64,000 nt of DNA from Candidatus Krumholzibacteriia bacterium (GTDB lineage Bacteria; Krumholzibacteriota; Krumholzibacteriia; JAJRXK01), in assembly GCA_041484665.1 (NCBI GenBank), contig JBGPIA010000020.1:1-64000 (forward strand), written 5' to 3'. Below, one piece after another: positions 27,610 to 35,930 of this stretch. The notes beneath the pieces were generated by a model. That model saw nothing but the letters and a program-made list of their open reading frames with translations, was not told the DNA's origin and did not search any database. Every line of letters starts with the position of its first letter. Positions within the stretch are counted from its first letter, which is position 1. The translations under genes and the position numbers were made by a program.

Positions 27610-28868
27610 GTCTCACCGTCCGCGCCTACAACGTCCTGTTCGGCGACTGCATACTGGTCTCCTGGGACGAGGACGATGGCGAGCACCACGCCTGGATCGA
27701 CTTCGGCAACTTCCACAACGACCGCAACGACGTCTTCGATACGGTCTACACCGACGTCCTGCAGCGCACGGGCGGGCGGCTCGATCTGCTGGTCATCACC
27801 CACCGCCACCTCGATCACCTCGAGGGCTTCCACGTGCTGCGCCAGCACTTCAGGCAGAACTTCACCATCGACCGGTTGTGGCACGCCTTCGTGACACCGG
27901 CCGTCGACAACCAGTTCCAGATCGCACAGGAGGCGCTGGCGGGAGTGCTGCCGGCGTCCGCCACTGCCGGGGACGGGGAGCTTGCCCGTATCTTCCGCAA
28001 CAACTTCGGCGCCGCTGGAGTGTCGACCGCGCAGCGGATGGACGACATCCTCAAGACGCTGCGCTACAACAAAGCCCATCCCGTCCACCGCCAGACGGCG
28101 CTCGCGCCCATCCGGCCCGCCGCGATGCAGCGGCTGCAGATCGAGATCCTCGCTCCTGAGTCTGATAGCCACGTCTACCTCGAGCCGCTGGTCAATGCGC
28201 TCGCCGATCGCGCCGCGCTGGACGAGTACTTCGAGATGGCTCAGCGGGGCGCCGGCGCAGGGCGGGGGCGGGCGGGCGCGGCGCAGGGGCGCGCGAGCGC
28301 GATCGGCCGCTCCCGGACCGGCACGCGGCGGAGGGCGGAAGGCACGCGTCCGGGAAGCGGCGACGACCCGTTTCCCCTCCCGCACGGAACCGCCGCATCG
28401 AAGTCGGCGCTGCTGCGGCTGGCCGACTTCGCCCGGCTGCGCCGTCAGCTGCGCACGGGGGGGCTGGATCTGCTCGGCGCTGTGGATCGCACGCGCAACA
28501 ACACCTCGATCGTGCTGGCGCTGACCTACCAGGGCAAGCGCCTGCTCTTCGCGGGCGACGCGGAGCAGAAGAGCTGGGAGATCATGCACGCCAACGGCAC
28601 CAACCTCGCCGCGACCGTGGTCAAGGTCGGCCACCATGGCAGCATCAACGCCTCACCCGACTGGTGCTTCGCCAAGGTTCTGCCCAAGCGGCTGAGCGCC
28701 AATGCGGCGATCATCTCGACCGACCCTACCCGCTTTACGGGCGAGAACCCGGTGCCCAACGCACACGTGCTCACCGGTTGGCGTGGCCGGCTGACCGCGC
28801 AGACGCGACTGTTGCGGACCGACACCAAGGCCGTCGGAAAGTACGTCGAGGTGCGCGTGGTGCCGTAG
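27606..28868 (+). CDS. MBL-fold metallo-hydrolase (ComEC/Rec2-like, putative nuclease)
   Basis: ATGA overlap with the peptidase stop; NVLFGDC, IDFG, THRHLDH, NNTS, LLFAGDAE, KVGHHGS. Confidence 0.88.
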   Translation: MSLTVRAYNVLFGDCILVSWDEDDGEHHAWIDFGNFHNDRNDVFDTVYTDVLQRTGGRLDLLVITHRHLDHLEGFHVLRQHFRQNFTIDRLWHAFVTPAVDNQFQIAQEALAGVLPASATAGDGELARIFRNNFGAAGVSTAQRMDDILKTLRYNKAHPVHRQTALAPIRPAAMQRLQIEILAPESDSHVYLEPLVNALADRAALDEYFEMAQRGAGAGRGRAGAAQGRASAIGRSRTGTRRRAEGTRPGSGDDPFPLPHGTAASKSALLRLADFARLRRQLRTGGLDLLGAVDRTRNNTSIVLALTYQGKRLLFAGDAEQKSWEIMHANGTNLAATVVKVGHHGSINASPDWCFAKVLPKRLSANAAIISTDPTRFTGENPVPNAHVLTGWRGRLTAQTRLLRTDTKAVGKYVEVRVVP

Positions 28869-28899
28869 CGCCGCGGGCGCGCCAAGAGACTCGAGAATC

Positions 28900-29256
28900 A
28901 TGCCCAAGCGAACCCCAGTCACCATCCAGACAGTGCGCCGGATCGCGCTGGCTTTTCCAGGCGTGGAGGAAGGCCCCTGCTACGGCACGCCCGGCTTTCG
29001 AGTGCGTGGCAGGTTCATCGCGCGGCTGCGCGACGGCGGCGAGACGCTGGTGGTCAAGTGCGGCGAAGAGGAACGCGACCTTCGCATGCACACCGATCCC
29101 GAGACGTTCTTCATTACAGATCACTACCGTGCCTATCCGACGGTATTGGTGCGGTTGGCCACGGTCGATGTCGTTGAATTGCGCGCGGTGCTCGAGCAAG
29201 CCTGGCGCCGCAGCGCACCCAAGCGCGTCGTTGCGGAATATGACCGAAAACAATGA
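28900..29256 (+). CDS. MmcQ/YjbR family protein
   Basis: ALAFPGVEEG..YGTPGFRV, DPETFFITDHY..YPTVLVRL, AWRRSAPKR. Confidence 0.88.
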   Translation: MPKRTPVTIQTVRRIALAFPGVEEGPCYGTPGFRVRGRFIARLRDGGETLVVKCGEEERDLRMHTDPETFFITDHYRAYPTVLVRLATVDVVELRAVLEQAWRRSAPKRVVAEYDRKQ

Positions 29257-29321
29257 GGGGGCCGCGAGGCACGGGGCGGCGGCGCGTGGGCGGCGTGATG
29301 TCGTAGCCCGGTGCGCCGCTG

Positions 29322-30440
29322 CTACGGCAGCTTCGGATACTCCACGTGCTGGCACCCACACTCGAGCGATTCGAGGAACGCCACCAGATCGAACACCTCC
29401 GACTCGCTCAGCTGCACGGGCTTGAGGTTGGTGCGGTCCAGGTGTGGGTTGTCAAACCCGCCAGCGGTCATGAACGCGATCGCCTCATGCAGGGTCGCGG
29501 CCTGCCCGTTGTGGAAATAGGGCGCCGTGCGTGTGATGTTGCGCAATGTCGGTGTCTTGAACGCGCCGGTGTCCTTCTCGTCCTTGGTGACCACCGAGCG
29601 GCCCACGTCGGGATTCTCCTTGTCCATCCCGACCCCCACGTTGTGATACTGCAGGTCGGTGAACAGGATCCCCGCGTGGCAGGTCCCGCAGCTGGCCTTG
29701 CCCCGGAACAGCTCCCAGCCGCGCTTGGCCGGCTCGCTGATGGCATTCTTGTCGCCCTGCTGGAAGCGATCGAACGGTGTGTCGCCGCACAGCAGCGTCC
29801 GCATGTAGCTGGCGACCGCTTTCTGCACGCCCGCGGGCGTCACGCCCGTGTTGAATACCTTCATGAACTGGTCGTGGTAGCCCGCGATCTTGTCGAGGTC
29901 GGCCGTGGCCTTCTCCGGGTCGGCGCCCATATTGGCGCCCTTCCAGGCGCCAAGCACCTGCGCCTCGAGTCCCTTGGTGCGGCCGTCCCAGTAGAGCTCG
30001 GGGTAGTAGCCCACGTTCCACATGGTGGGCGCGCTGCGCGTGAGCACCTTGTCGTTGGCCCCGATCGCGACCGGCCGGCCGTCGGTGAGCCCGTTCTCGA
30101 TCACGTGGCAGCCGTAGCAGCTGTGCTTGCCGTCGCCCGACAGGCGCGTGTCGAAGTAGAGCTGGTGCCCCAGAGCGATCTTCTCCTGGGTCATCGGGTT
30201 GTCCGGCGGGATTGGCATCTCGTCGAAGCCCGCTGGGGCTTGCCAGCTGTAGCCTCCGTGGCCCTTGGCGGATTTTTGCGACTTCGCGGGCGTCGCGCGG
30301 GTCGACGCCGGCCCTGGCCTCGGCGCCGCAATCGCCCGCAGCGCCAGGAACGTCGTGAGCCCCGTCACCGCCACGATCGCGGCGCCGATCCCAAGAGGGC
30401 TGGAGCATTTCCGCAGCTCGGCGAGCGGGTTCTTGCGCAT
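29322..30440 (-). CDS. Di-haem cytochrome c peroxidase / MauG family
   Basis: PPDNP..KIALG..LYFD.RLS, CYGCH, WDGR, CGTCH, FKTPTLRN..TAPYFHNG; AAGGAG RBS. Confidence 0.92.
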   Translation of the reverse strand: MRKNPLAELRKCSSPLGIGAAIVAVTGLTTFLALRAIAAPRPGPASTRATPAKSQKSAKGHGGYSWQAPAGFDEMPIPPDNPMTQEKIALGHQLYFDTRLSGDGKHSCYGCHVIENGLTDGRPVAIGANDKVLTRSAPTMWNVGYYPELYWDGRTKGLEAQVLGAWKGANMGADPEKATADLDKIAGYHDQFMKVFNTGVTPAGVQKAVASYMRTLLCGDTPFDRFQQGDKNAISEPAKRGWELFRGKASCGTCHAGILFTDLQYHNVGVGMDKENPDVGRSVVTKDEKDTGAFKTPTLRNITRTAPYFHNGQAATLHEAIAFMTAGGFDNPHLDRTNLKPVQLSESEVFDLVAFLESLECGCQHVEYPKLP

Positions 30441-30699
30441 GGGTCCTGATCTCCTTCGGGGACGATGGGGCAGGCGGATCCGCACGGACGCGGCCGGGAG
30501 TCTACCCCCAGCGGGGCGCCCCGGCCAGCCCCCGTCAGCCGCGAGAGCCGCGCGGGCCGCGCCAACCGCGCCATCCAGGCGAGCCGCGTGAGCGGGCCTC
30601 GCAGTTGGGGGTTGCCGGCACCTGATTTCCGCAGCAGTGTTCGATCGATGTCCGGGTGCCCGCCACATGGTTGGCGTCCGGTTCCAGGAAAGGTCCGCC

Positions 30700-31569
30700 G
30701 TGGATGCTCCAGACAGCGACCCGCCGCCGCCCACACCCCCGTCGGCATCCCCAAGCTCATCCGAAGCGCGCTCCCCGGCAGACGATCCCTATCATCGCCT
30801 CAACTACCGCCGCCTGATCGCCTGGCCGCAGCGCATCGAGCGCGAGTGGCCATTCCTGCATCAGGAACTCGACGGCGCCCCGCGCCGTGCCGTCATCGAT
30901 TTGGGCTGCGGCACCGGCGAGCACGCGCGCTTCCTCGCTGCGCAGGGCTTCTACACCGTCGGCGTCGACCGCTCGGGAGCGCAGATCGAGGCCGCCCGCG
31001 CCTACGAGCGCGAATCAGGTGACGATGGTCCGGTGTTCCTGCTGGGCGAGATGGCCGAGCTGGCGGCTCTCACGCCCGAGTGCTTCGGGGCCGCGCTCTG
31101 CCTGGGGAACGTGCTGCCGTCCATCGACGACGAAGAGCTGCCTCGCGTTCTGGCCGCCCTCGCGAAGCGCCTGGTTGTGGGCGGGCGGGTGGTGATCCAG
31201 GTGCTCAACTACGAGCGCATCCGCAAGCAGGGGCTACGCTACCTGCCGCTCAACTTCCGCCGCGATTCCGACGATGAGCCCGGCGAGATCGTTTTTCTGC
31301 GCCTGATGACGCCGGACGGTGACAAGCACATCCGCTTCAATCCAACCACCCTGCTCCTGAGGCCCGGCGAGCAGCCGCCCGTAAGCGTCGTCGCCGCCAA
31401 CGAGGCCCGACTCCGTGCCTGGCGCTGGGAGGAGCTTGAGCCGCACCTGACCGCGGCTGGCTTTGGGGTATTCTCCCTGTTCGGGGACATGGCCTTTGGC
31501 GACTTTGAGCCCGAGCGGTCTAGCGATCTGGTGATCGTCGCGGTGGCGCTGCACGGATCGGAGTCATGA
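30700..31569 (+). CDS. Class I SAM-dependent methyltransferase (start uncertain)
   Basis: VIDLGCGTGEH motif I, GVD.S, ALCLGN, QVLNY. Confidence 0.85.
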   Translation: MDAPDSDPPPPTPPSASPSSSEARSPADDPYHRLNYRRLIAWPQRIEREWPFLHQELDGAPRRAVIDLGCGTGEHARFLAAQGFYTVGVDRSGAQIEAARAYERESGDDGPVFLLGEMAELAALTPECFGAALCLGNVLPSIDDEELPRVLAALAKRLVVGGRVVIQVLNYERIRKQGLRYLPLNFRRDSDDEPGEIVFLRLMTPDGDKHIRFNPTTLLLRPGEQPPVSVVAANEARLRAWRWEELEPHLTAAGFGVFSLFGDMAFGDFEPERSSDLVIVAVALHGSES

Positions 31570-32282
31570 CTACGGGCGATCGCGATCGGCGGCCGCAGCC
31601 ACCCGCACGGCCTGCACCGACGACACCAACGACGCCCACCGCACCGACGACACCAACGACACCGACCGCCGCTTCCGGCTCCCCCACAGACGACGAGCTG
31701 ATGGCGCGCGTCGCTGGCGCAACCGGCGAGCTCGACGCTGCCGGTCTCGACGCTGCCGGCGAGGTTGCCTTCCGCCTGCTCGTCGAGCGCTGGCAGTTGC
31801 GCGTGCTGGCTTTCCTCCACCGCTGTCTTGGGGACCGGGACGAGGCGCAGGACCTCGCGCAGGAGACTTTCTTGCGTGTCTATCGTGCGGCGCGCGAGGG
31901 CCGGTACGACCCGCGCGCGCGGTTCGGCCCTTGGCTGTTCCGCATCGCCGGGAATCTCTGCCGAGGCCGGATGCGCCGCCGCCGCCTGCTGCGCTGGTTG
32001 CCGCTCTCGCGCTCATCGGGTGCGCTGGACATTCCAGGCCCCGCGCGCGATCGCCCCGATGCCGCGGTCGAGGACGCCTCCACCGCGGCCGCCGTCCGTA
32101 CCGCACTCGACCGTCTGCCGGAACGTCAACGCATCGCCGTCGTGCTGAAGCGCTTCGAGGGGATGAGCTACGCCGAGATCGCTGAAGTTCTCCAGACGAC
32201 CCCGGCAGCGGTCGAGTCGCTGCTCGTGCGCGCCCATATGGTCCTGCGCCAGGAGCTTCGTCGGGCGGGACTGGTCGATTGA
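31566..32282 (+). CDS. ECF RNA polymerase sigma factor
   Basis: AQDLAQETFLRVY, WLFRIA.N, LPERQR..VVLKRFEGMSYAEIAEVL; ATGA overlap with the methyltransferase. Confidence 0.92.
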   Translation: MTTGDRDRRPQPPARPAPTTPTTPTAPTTPTTPTAASGSPTDDELMARVAGATGELDAAGLDAAGEVAFRLLVERWQLRVLAFLHRCLGDRDEAQDLAQETFLRVYRAAREGRYDPRARFGPWLFRIAGNLCRGRMRRRRLLRWLPLSRSSGALDIPGPARDRPDAAVEDASTAAAVRTALDRLPERQRIAVVLKRFEGMSYAEIAEVLQTTPAAVESLLVRAHMVLRQELRRAGLVD

Positions 32283-32758
32283 GATGCCGTCCACGCAAAT
32301 TTAGGCCATAGATGAAATTTGACTCGGCGCGTTGTCATTGTCCGCCGCAATGACATGCGCGTGTGGTGATACGTCCTGATATTGACCGTATACTCTAACC
32401 AGATCTGTGGACGCGTTGGTTGGATGGCTCGTTGGTGCGCCCGCATTCGCGTGTGAGTCTGCTCGTCGCGTACACGGCCCCCGGAGGCGTCCATATCTCC
32501 GGTTGGGCGGTGAATACAATGTGCTTACCGTGCGGGGGCTATCGTGGACCGTGGATGCCCGGGTCCGCCGCCTGCGTAATCACTTTGTGCTCACCATCCC
32601 GCCGGCAACACCACTCATCCGAGGTCTCGCGGCTGCCACGTATGCACATTGTGATCACGGCCCCGCCGAGAACACCACACCGCGGGGCTTCCTGGCGCCC
32701 CGCCCCCGCGCAGGATTCCAGCGCCTCGCGCGTTAGGCTTGGGTGAGGAGTACGACGT

Positions 32759-33418
32759 ATGGCAGGCGACACGACAGAGACGTCAGGGCCAGGCGACGGC
32801 CGTCCCAACGACGACGCAGCCCGCTTGCGGCTGCTGGCTTATCGCGATGGTGAGCTTCCGCCAGCGGATGCCGCCTTGGTGCGCCGCGCCCTCGCTGCAT
32901 CGGCCGACCTGCGCCGTGCGCTCGAGCTGCTCGACGCCACGTGGGCGCACATCGATGCGCTCCCCGCACCCGGGCGCGTAGACCTCTGGCCCGGAATCCA
33001 GGCCGGGCTCGCAGGCGAGCGCAGGCGAGCGCCTCGACTGCGAACGGCCAGATCGGGTCACGGCGCAGGAGCCCCGCGTGCCTCGGCCTCCTTCCCGGCC
33101 AGGCCGCGCAGCCTCAGTCTGCCGCCGCGCCTGGCCTACCCTGCGGCGTTGGCCCTCGGCCTTGCCATGGGGGTCTGGCTGGGCGATTGGGCCACCGGCC
33201 CTCGCGCCGACGACATGCCCGACCTCTCGCTGTTCACCAGTCTTGCGAGTGCTCCCGAAGGCTCGCCCAGCGCGCTGTTCTTCGATTTCTCCAACGGCGA
33301 CGAGGACGCCGCAGCGAGCCCGCCCGAGTCGGTCCCGGCCGTGGGCGATGAGTCCCGCCCTGGCTCTGGCGAGGCGGCTGTCCCCCATCCGGCTCGAACT
33401 CCGGGAGGCCGGCGATGA
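32759..33418 (+). CDS. Putative membrane anti-sigma factor
   Basis: GAGGAG RBS; LLAYRDGEL anti-sigma-like N-terminus; single TM; follows the ECF sigma gene. Confidence 0.65.
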   Translation: MAGDTTETSGPGDGRPNDDAARLRLLAYRDGELPPADAALVRRALAASADLRRALELLDATWAHIDALPAPGRVDLWPGIQAGLAGERRRAPRLRTARSGHGAGAPRASASFPARPRSLSLPPRLAYPAALALGLAMGVWLGDWATGPRADDMPDLSLFTSLASAPEGSPSALFFDFSNGDEDAAASPPESVPAVGDESRPGSGEAAVPHPARTPGGRR

Positions 33419-34077
33419 GATCCGCGTGGAAGCTGCTGCTGGTGCTCTCGCTGAGTCTCAACGTGGGCATCCTCGGCGTGGGGATCTACCGCTCCGTCGC
33501 ATCGCTCGAGGATCTGGAGCCCGCCTCCGGCGCGCCGGAGAACGTCGCGGAAGAGGAGCCCGCGAGCACGCAGCAACAGCCGAGGGAGGAACAACAGCCG
33601 GCGTCGGAGCAACAGCCGGGTCAGCCGCCGGCCACGTCTGCGACCGCGGAGCCTGGCCGCAGGCCCGCGTTCGCGCCACGCTTTGCGCTGCGGCGCCCGC
33701 TGTGGGCTGCCGCTGCGTGGCCCGAGCGGCATCTGCGCCGCCTCGACCGTGCCTTGGGATTGCGCCCCGAGCAGCACGACGCCCTGCGCGAGACGCTGGC
33801 CGAGCTGCGCCCACGCGTGCGCACGCTCGCCGTGGAGCTCGCCCGCGAACGCGCCGAGCTGGTGCGCCAGCTCGCGGCGAGCCCGCCCGACGTCGATGCG
33901 GTGCGCGCGCAACAAGCGCGCGCCTCCCACGCACAGGCGCAGTTGGACAGCCTCGTGACCGAGGCGATGCTGCGTGAGTCGAGCGTCCTCGATCCAGAGC
34001 AGCGTCGGTTGCACGCGCGCTTGCTGCGGGCCATGGCCATACGCGGCGCCGGCCTGTTCATCCGAGGCGGACCATGA
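33415..34077 (+). CDS. Periplasmic heavy-metal-sensor / Spy-CpxP family protein
   Basis: LLLVLSLSLNVG, LGLRPEQ, VLDPEQR; ATGA overlap. Confidence 0.8.
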   Translation: MRSAWKLLLVLSLSLNVGILGVGIYRSVASLEDLEPASGAPENVAEEEPASTQQQPREEQQPASEQQPGQPPATSATAEPGRRPAFAPRFALRRPLWAAAAWPERHLRRLDRALGLRPEQHDALRETLAELRPRVRTLAVELARERAELVRQLAASPPDVDAVRAQQARASHAQAQLDSLVTEAMLRESSVLDPEQRRLHARLLRAMAIRGAGLFIRGGP

Positions 34078-34230
34078 TGACGGGATCGGATGATAGACCC
34101 GGATGACGGTCTCGCAACGCGGCGCGCGCCCCACCTGCGCGCTTCAGCAACAGCCGTTGGCGAGACCCGCGCCTTGGAGCACAACCTGCACCTTCCCAAA
34201 CAACCACAGGAAGTCCGGAGGAAGACAACG

Positions 34231-34941
34231 ATGAACCGCATGACGAGCAAACGCGTGGCGATGACCGCGGCCGTCGGGCTCGCGGTCCTGCTAGCGCTGT
34301 CGCTGATGGCACTCTCCGCGGGCGCGCAGCTCGGTTCGAGCCGTCCGCGCACCGACACACGCACCCATGACACCCCCAAGCCTCATGAGCGCGACGAAAT
34401 GGTCCAGCCCGGTCACGATGGCCGCGGGCAATCGGAAGCCGACGAGGCTGAGGAGGATGCAGAAGGCTACGACGGCGGCGGGCGTGGGGGCGACGGGGAT
34501 CGCGCAGGCGGCTTCGACCGTGATGATGGCATCCGAGGTCTCGGGGGGCTCGGCCCTTGTTTCGACCACTTGAACCTCAGCTCCGACCAGCGCAGCCGCA
34601 TCGAGGACCTGCGGCTGGCGGCGCGACGCGACGTCGTGCGTGCGCGTGGCGACCTGGCGAAGGCGCGGGCCGACCTGCTGGCGCTGATGCTCGATCCGAA
34701 GTCGCAGCGCGCAGAGATCGAGCGCGCCGCCGACGGGCTGCAACGGACGCGGAGCGCGATGCAGGACCGCGTGGTCCGCGCGCGTCTCGACGTGCGCGAC
34801 GTGCTCACGGTGGACCAGCGTCAGTCGTTGCTTCAGTGCCGCGGCGGCAGTCCGCGGATCCTACGGGACGCGATGCGCCATCGCTGGTGGGGGAGGATGT
34901 GGAGCGTCGGCCCGCGCGCAGGCCGGGGCCGCTGGCAGTAG
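34231..34941 (+). CDS. Spy/CpxP family (LTxxQ) periplasmic chaperone
   Basis: Signal peptide; LNLSSDQR, VLTVDQR. Confidence 0.8.
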   Translation: MNRMTSKRVAMTAAVGLAVLLALSLMALSAGAQLGSSRPRTDTRTHDTPKPHERDEMVQPGHDGRGQSEADEAEEDAEGYDGGGRGGDGDRAGGFDRDDGIRGLGGLGPCFDHLNLSSDQRSRIEDLRLAARRDVVRARGDLAKARADLLALMLDPKSQRAEIERAADGLQRTRSAMQDRVVRARLDVRDVLTVDQRQSLLQCRGGSPRILRDAMRHRWWGRMWSVGPRAGRGRWQ

Positions 34942-35176
34942 GGCTGGCTGGCACTAGCCGCAAGCCGGGCGTAGGGCGGTCTGGGCGTAGGACGCGCTTG
35001 GCGTAGGGCGAGATCTCCCCAGGTAAGAGCGCTGACACTCGCCGCGCAACCGCCGCGTCTAGGATGCCTCGCTTTGGTCACAAGCGCTTCGCGGTGAGTG
35101 GCCCGCTCCGTCCGGTCCGGCACCGCCTCATACAAGTCAGCGCCCATGCTGGACGCACCACCACCACTAACGGAAT

Positions 35177-35198
35177 GGCCACCCCCGAGGGGGTGGCC
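35177..35198 (-). terminator. Hairpin between convergent genes
   Basis: GGCCACCCC-cgag-GGGGTGGCC, about 35 nt after the 35232 stop. Confidence 0.5.
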
Positions 35199-35231
35199 GT
35201 CGCCGTCGGAAGCGCGGAGCCAACTACCGAG

Positions 35232-35930
35232 CTACCGGAAGAGGCCCTTGATCGTGCCCCAGCCGCTGGTCGTGTTCGGGATGTCGATGCAACCTTGGTT
35301 GATCGGCGAGCTGGAGTTGCGAGGAGCCGCGGTCACGACCGTGAAGTCGTTGAGGTTGTCATTGTTGTCCGAGAGCCCGCCCAAGTTGCGCACGGCCATG
35401 GTGGAGTTGCTCAGCGCCCCAGTCGCCAAGCCCTCTGAGCAATTCGCCGTGCCATATCCCACCAGGTCGACGAAGGCCGTCTGCGGGCTGCAGGGCGTCG
35501 TCACGCCGTCGGCCTTGAGGCCGATCTTGCCGCCCGTGGCGCTCATGTTGATGGCAGTCGCCAAGGGTACATCCAGATCAGGCGGTACGGGCAGCGGGGG
35601 AATAGTAAGCACGGCGCCCTTGGCCAGCGCGATCAGGTAGTAACCGCACGCCGGGATCGTAGCGCCCTGCGGGATGACCGCAAGACAGTTCGTGCAGGCG
35701 CCCAGGTTCACGGTTCCGGTCGCGGATCCATACTGCAGGGACCACCCGCCGATGTTCACAGGCGCACCCGAGAAGTTGAAGAGCTCGACGTAGTCCCGAT
35801 CGTACGTCGCGCCGGTGTTGCCACCGCCGCCGTACACCTGGCTGATGCGGACGACGTTCGAGGCAGACGCTGCGTGCGCCGCAAAGACGCCGAACGCGAG
35901 CACGACGAGGACGGTTGTAGCCTTTTTCAT
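35232..35930 (-). CDS. Secreted lamin-tail-domain protein with a C-terminal WGxIKxLF motif
   Basis: AAGGAG RBS; signal peptide; VRISQVYGGGGN..DYVELFN..GWSLQY; ends GWGTIKGLFR. Confidence 0.85.
   Translation of the reverse strand: MKKATTVLVVLAFGVFAAHAASASNVVRISQVYGGGGNTGATYDRDYVELFNFSGAPVNIGGWSLQYGSATGTVNLGACTNCLAVIPQGATIPACGYYLIALAKGAVLTIPPLPVPPDLDVPLATAINMSATGGKIGLKADGVTTPCSPQTAFVDLVGYGTANCSEGLATGALSNSTMAVRNLGGLSDNNDNLNDFTVVTAAPRNSSSPINQGCIDIPNTTSGWGTIKGLFR

Noticed and set aside
27606..28868. Metallo-beta-lactamase resistance gene or ComEC competence channel
   Set aside because: No signal peptide and no membrane competence domain; motifs are of the stand-alone ComEC-like hydrolase type.
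17571..28868. Mobile element or prophage
   Set aside because: No integrase, transposase, phage structural genes, tRNA or flanking repeats seen, and GC content looks like the host's.
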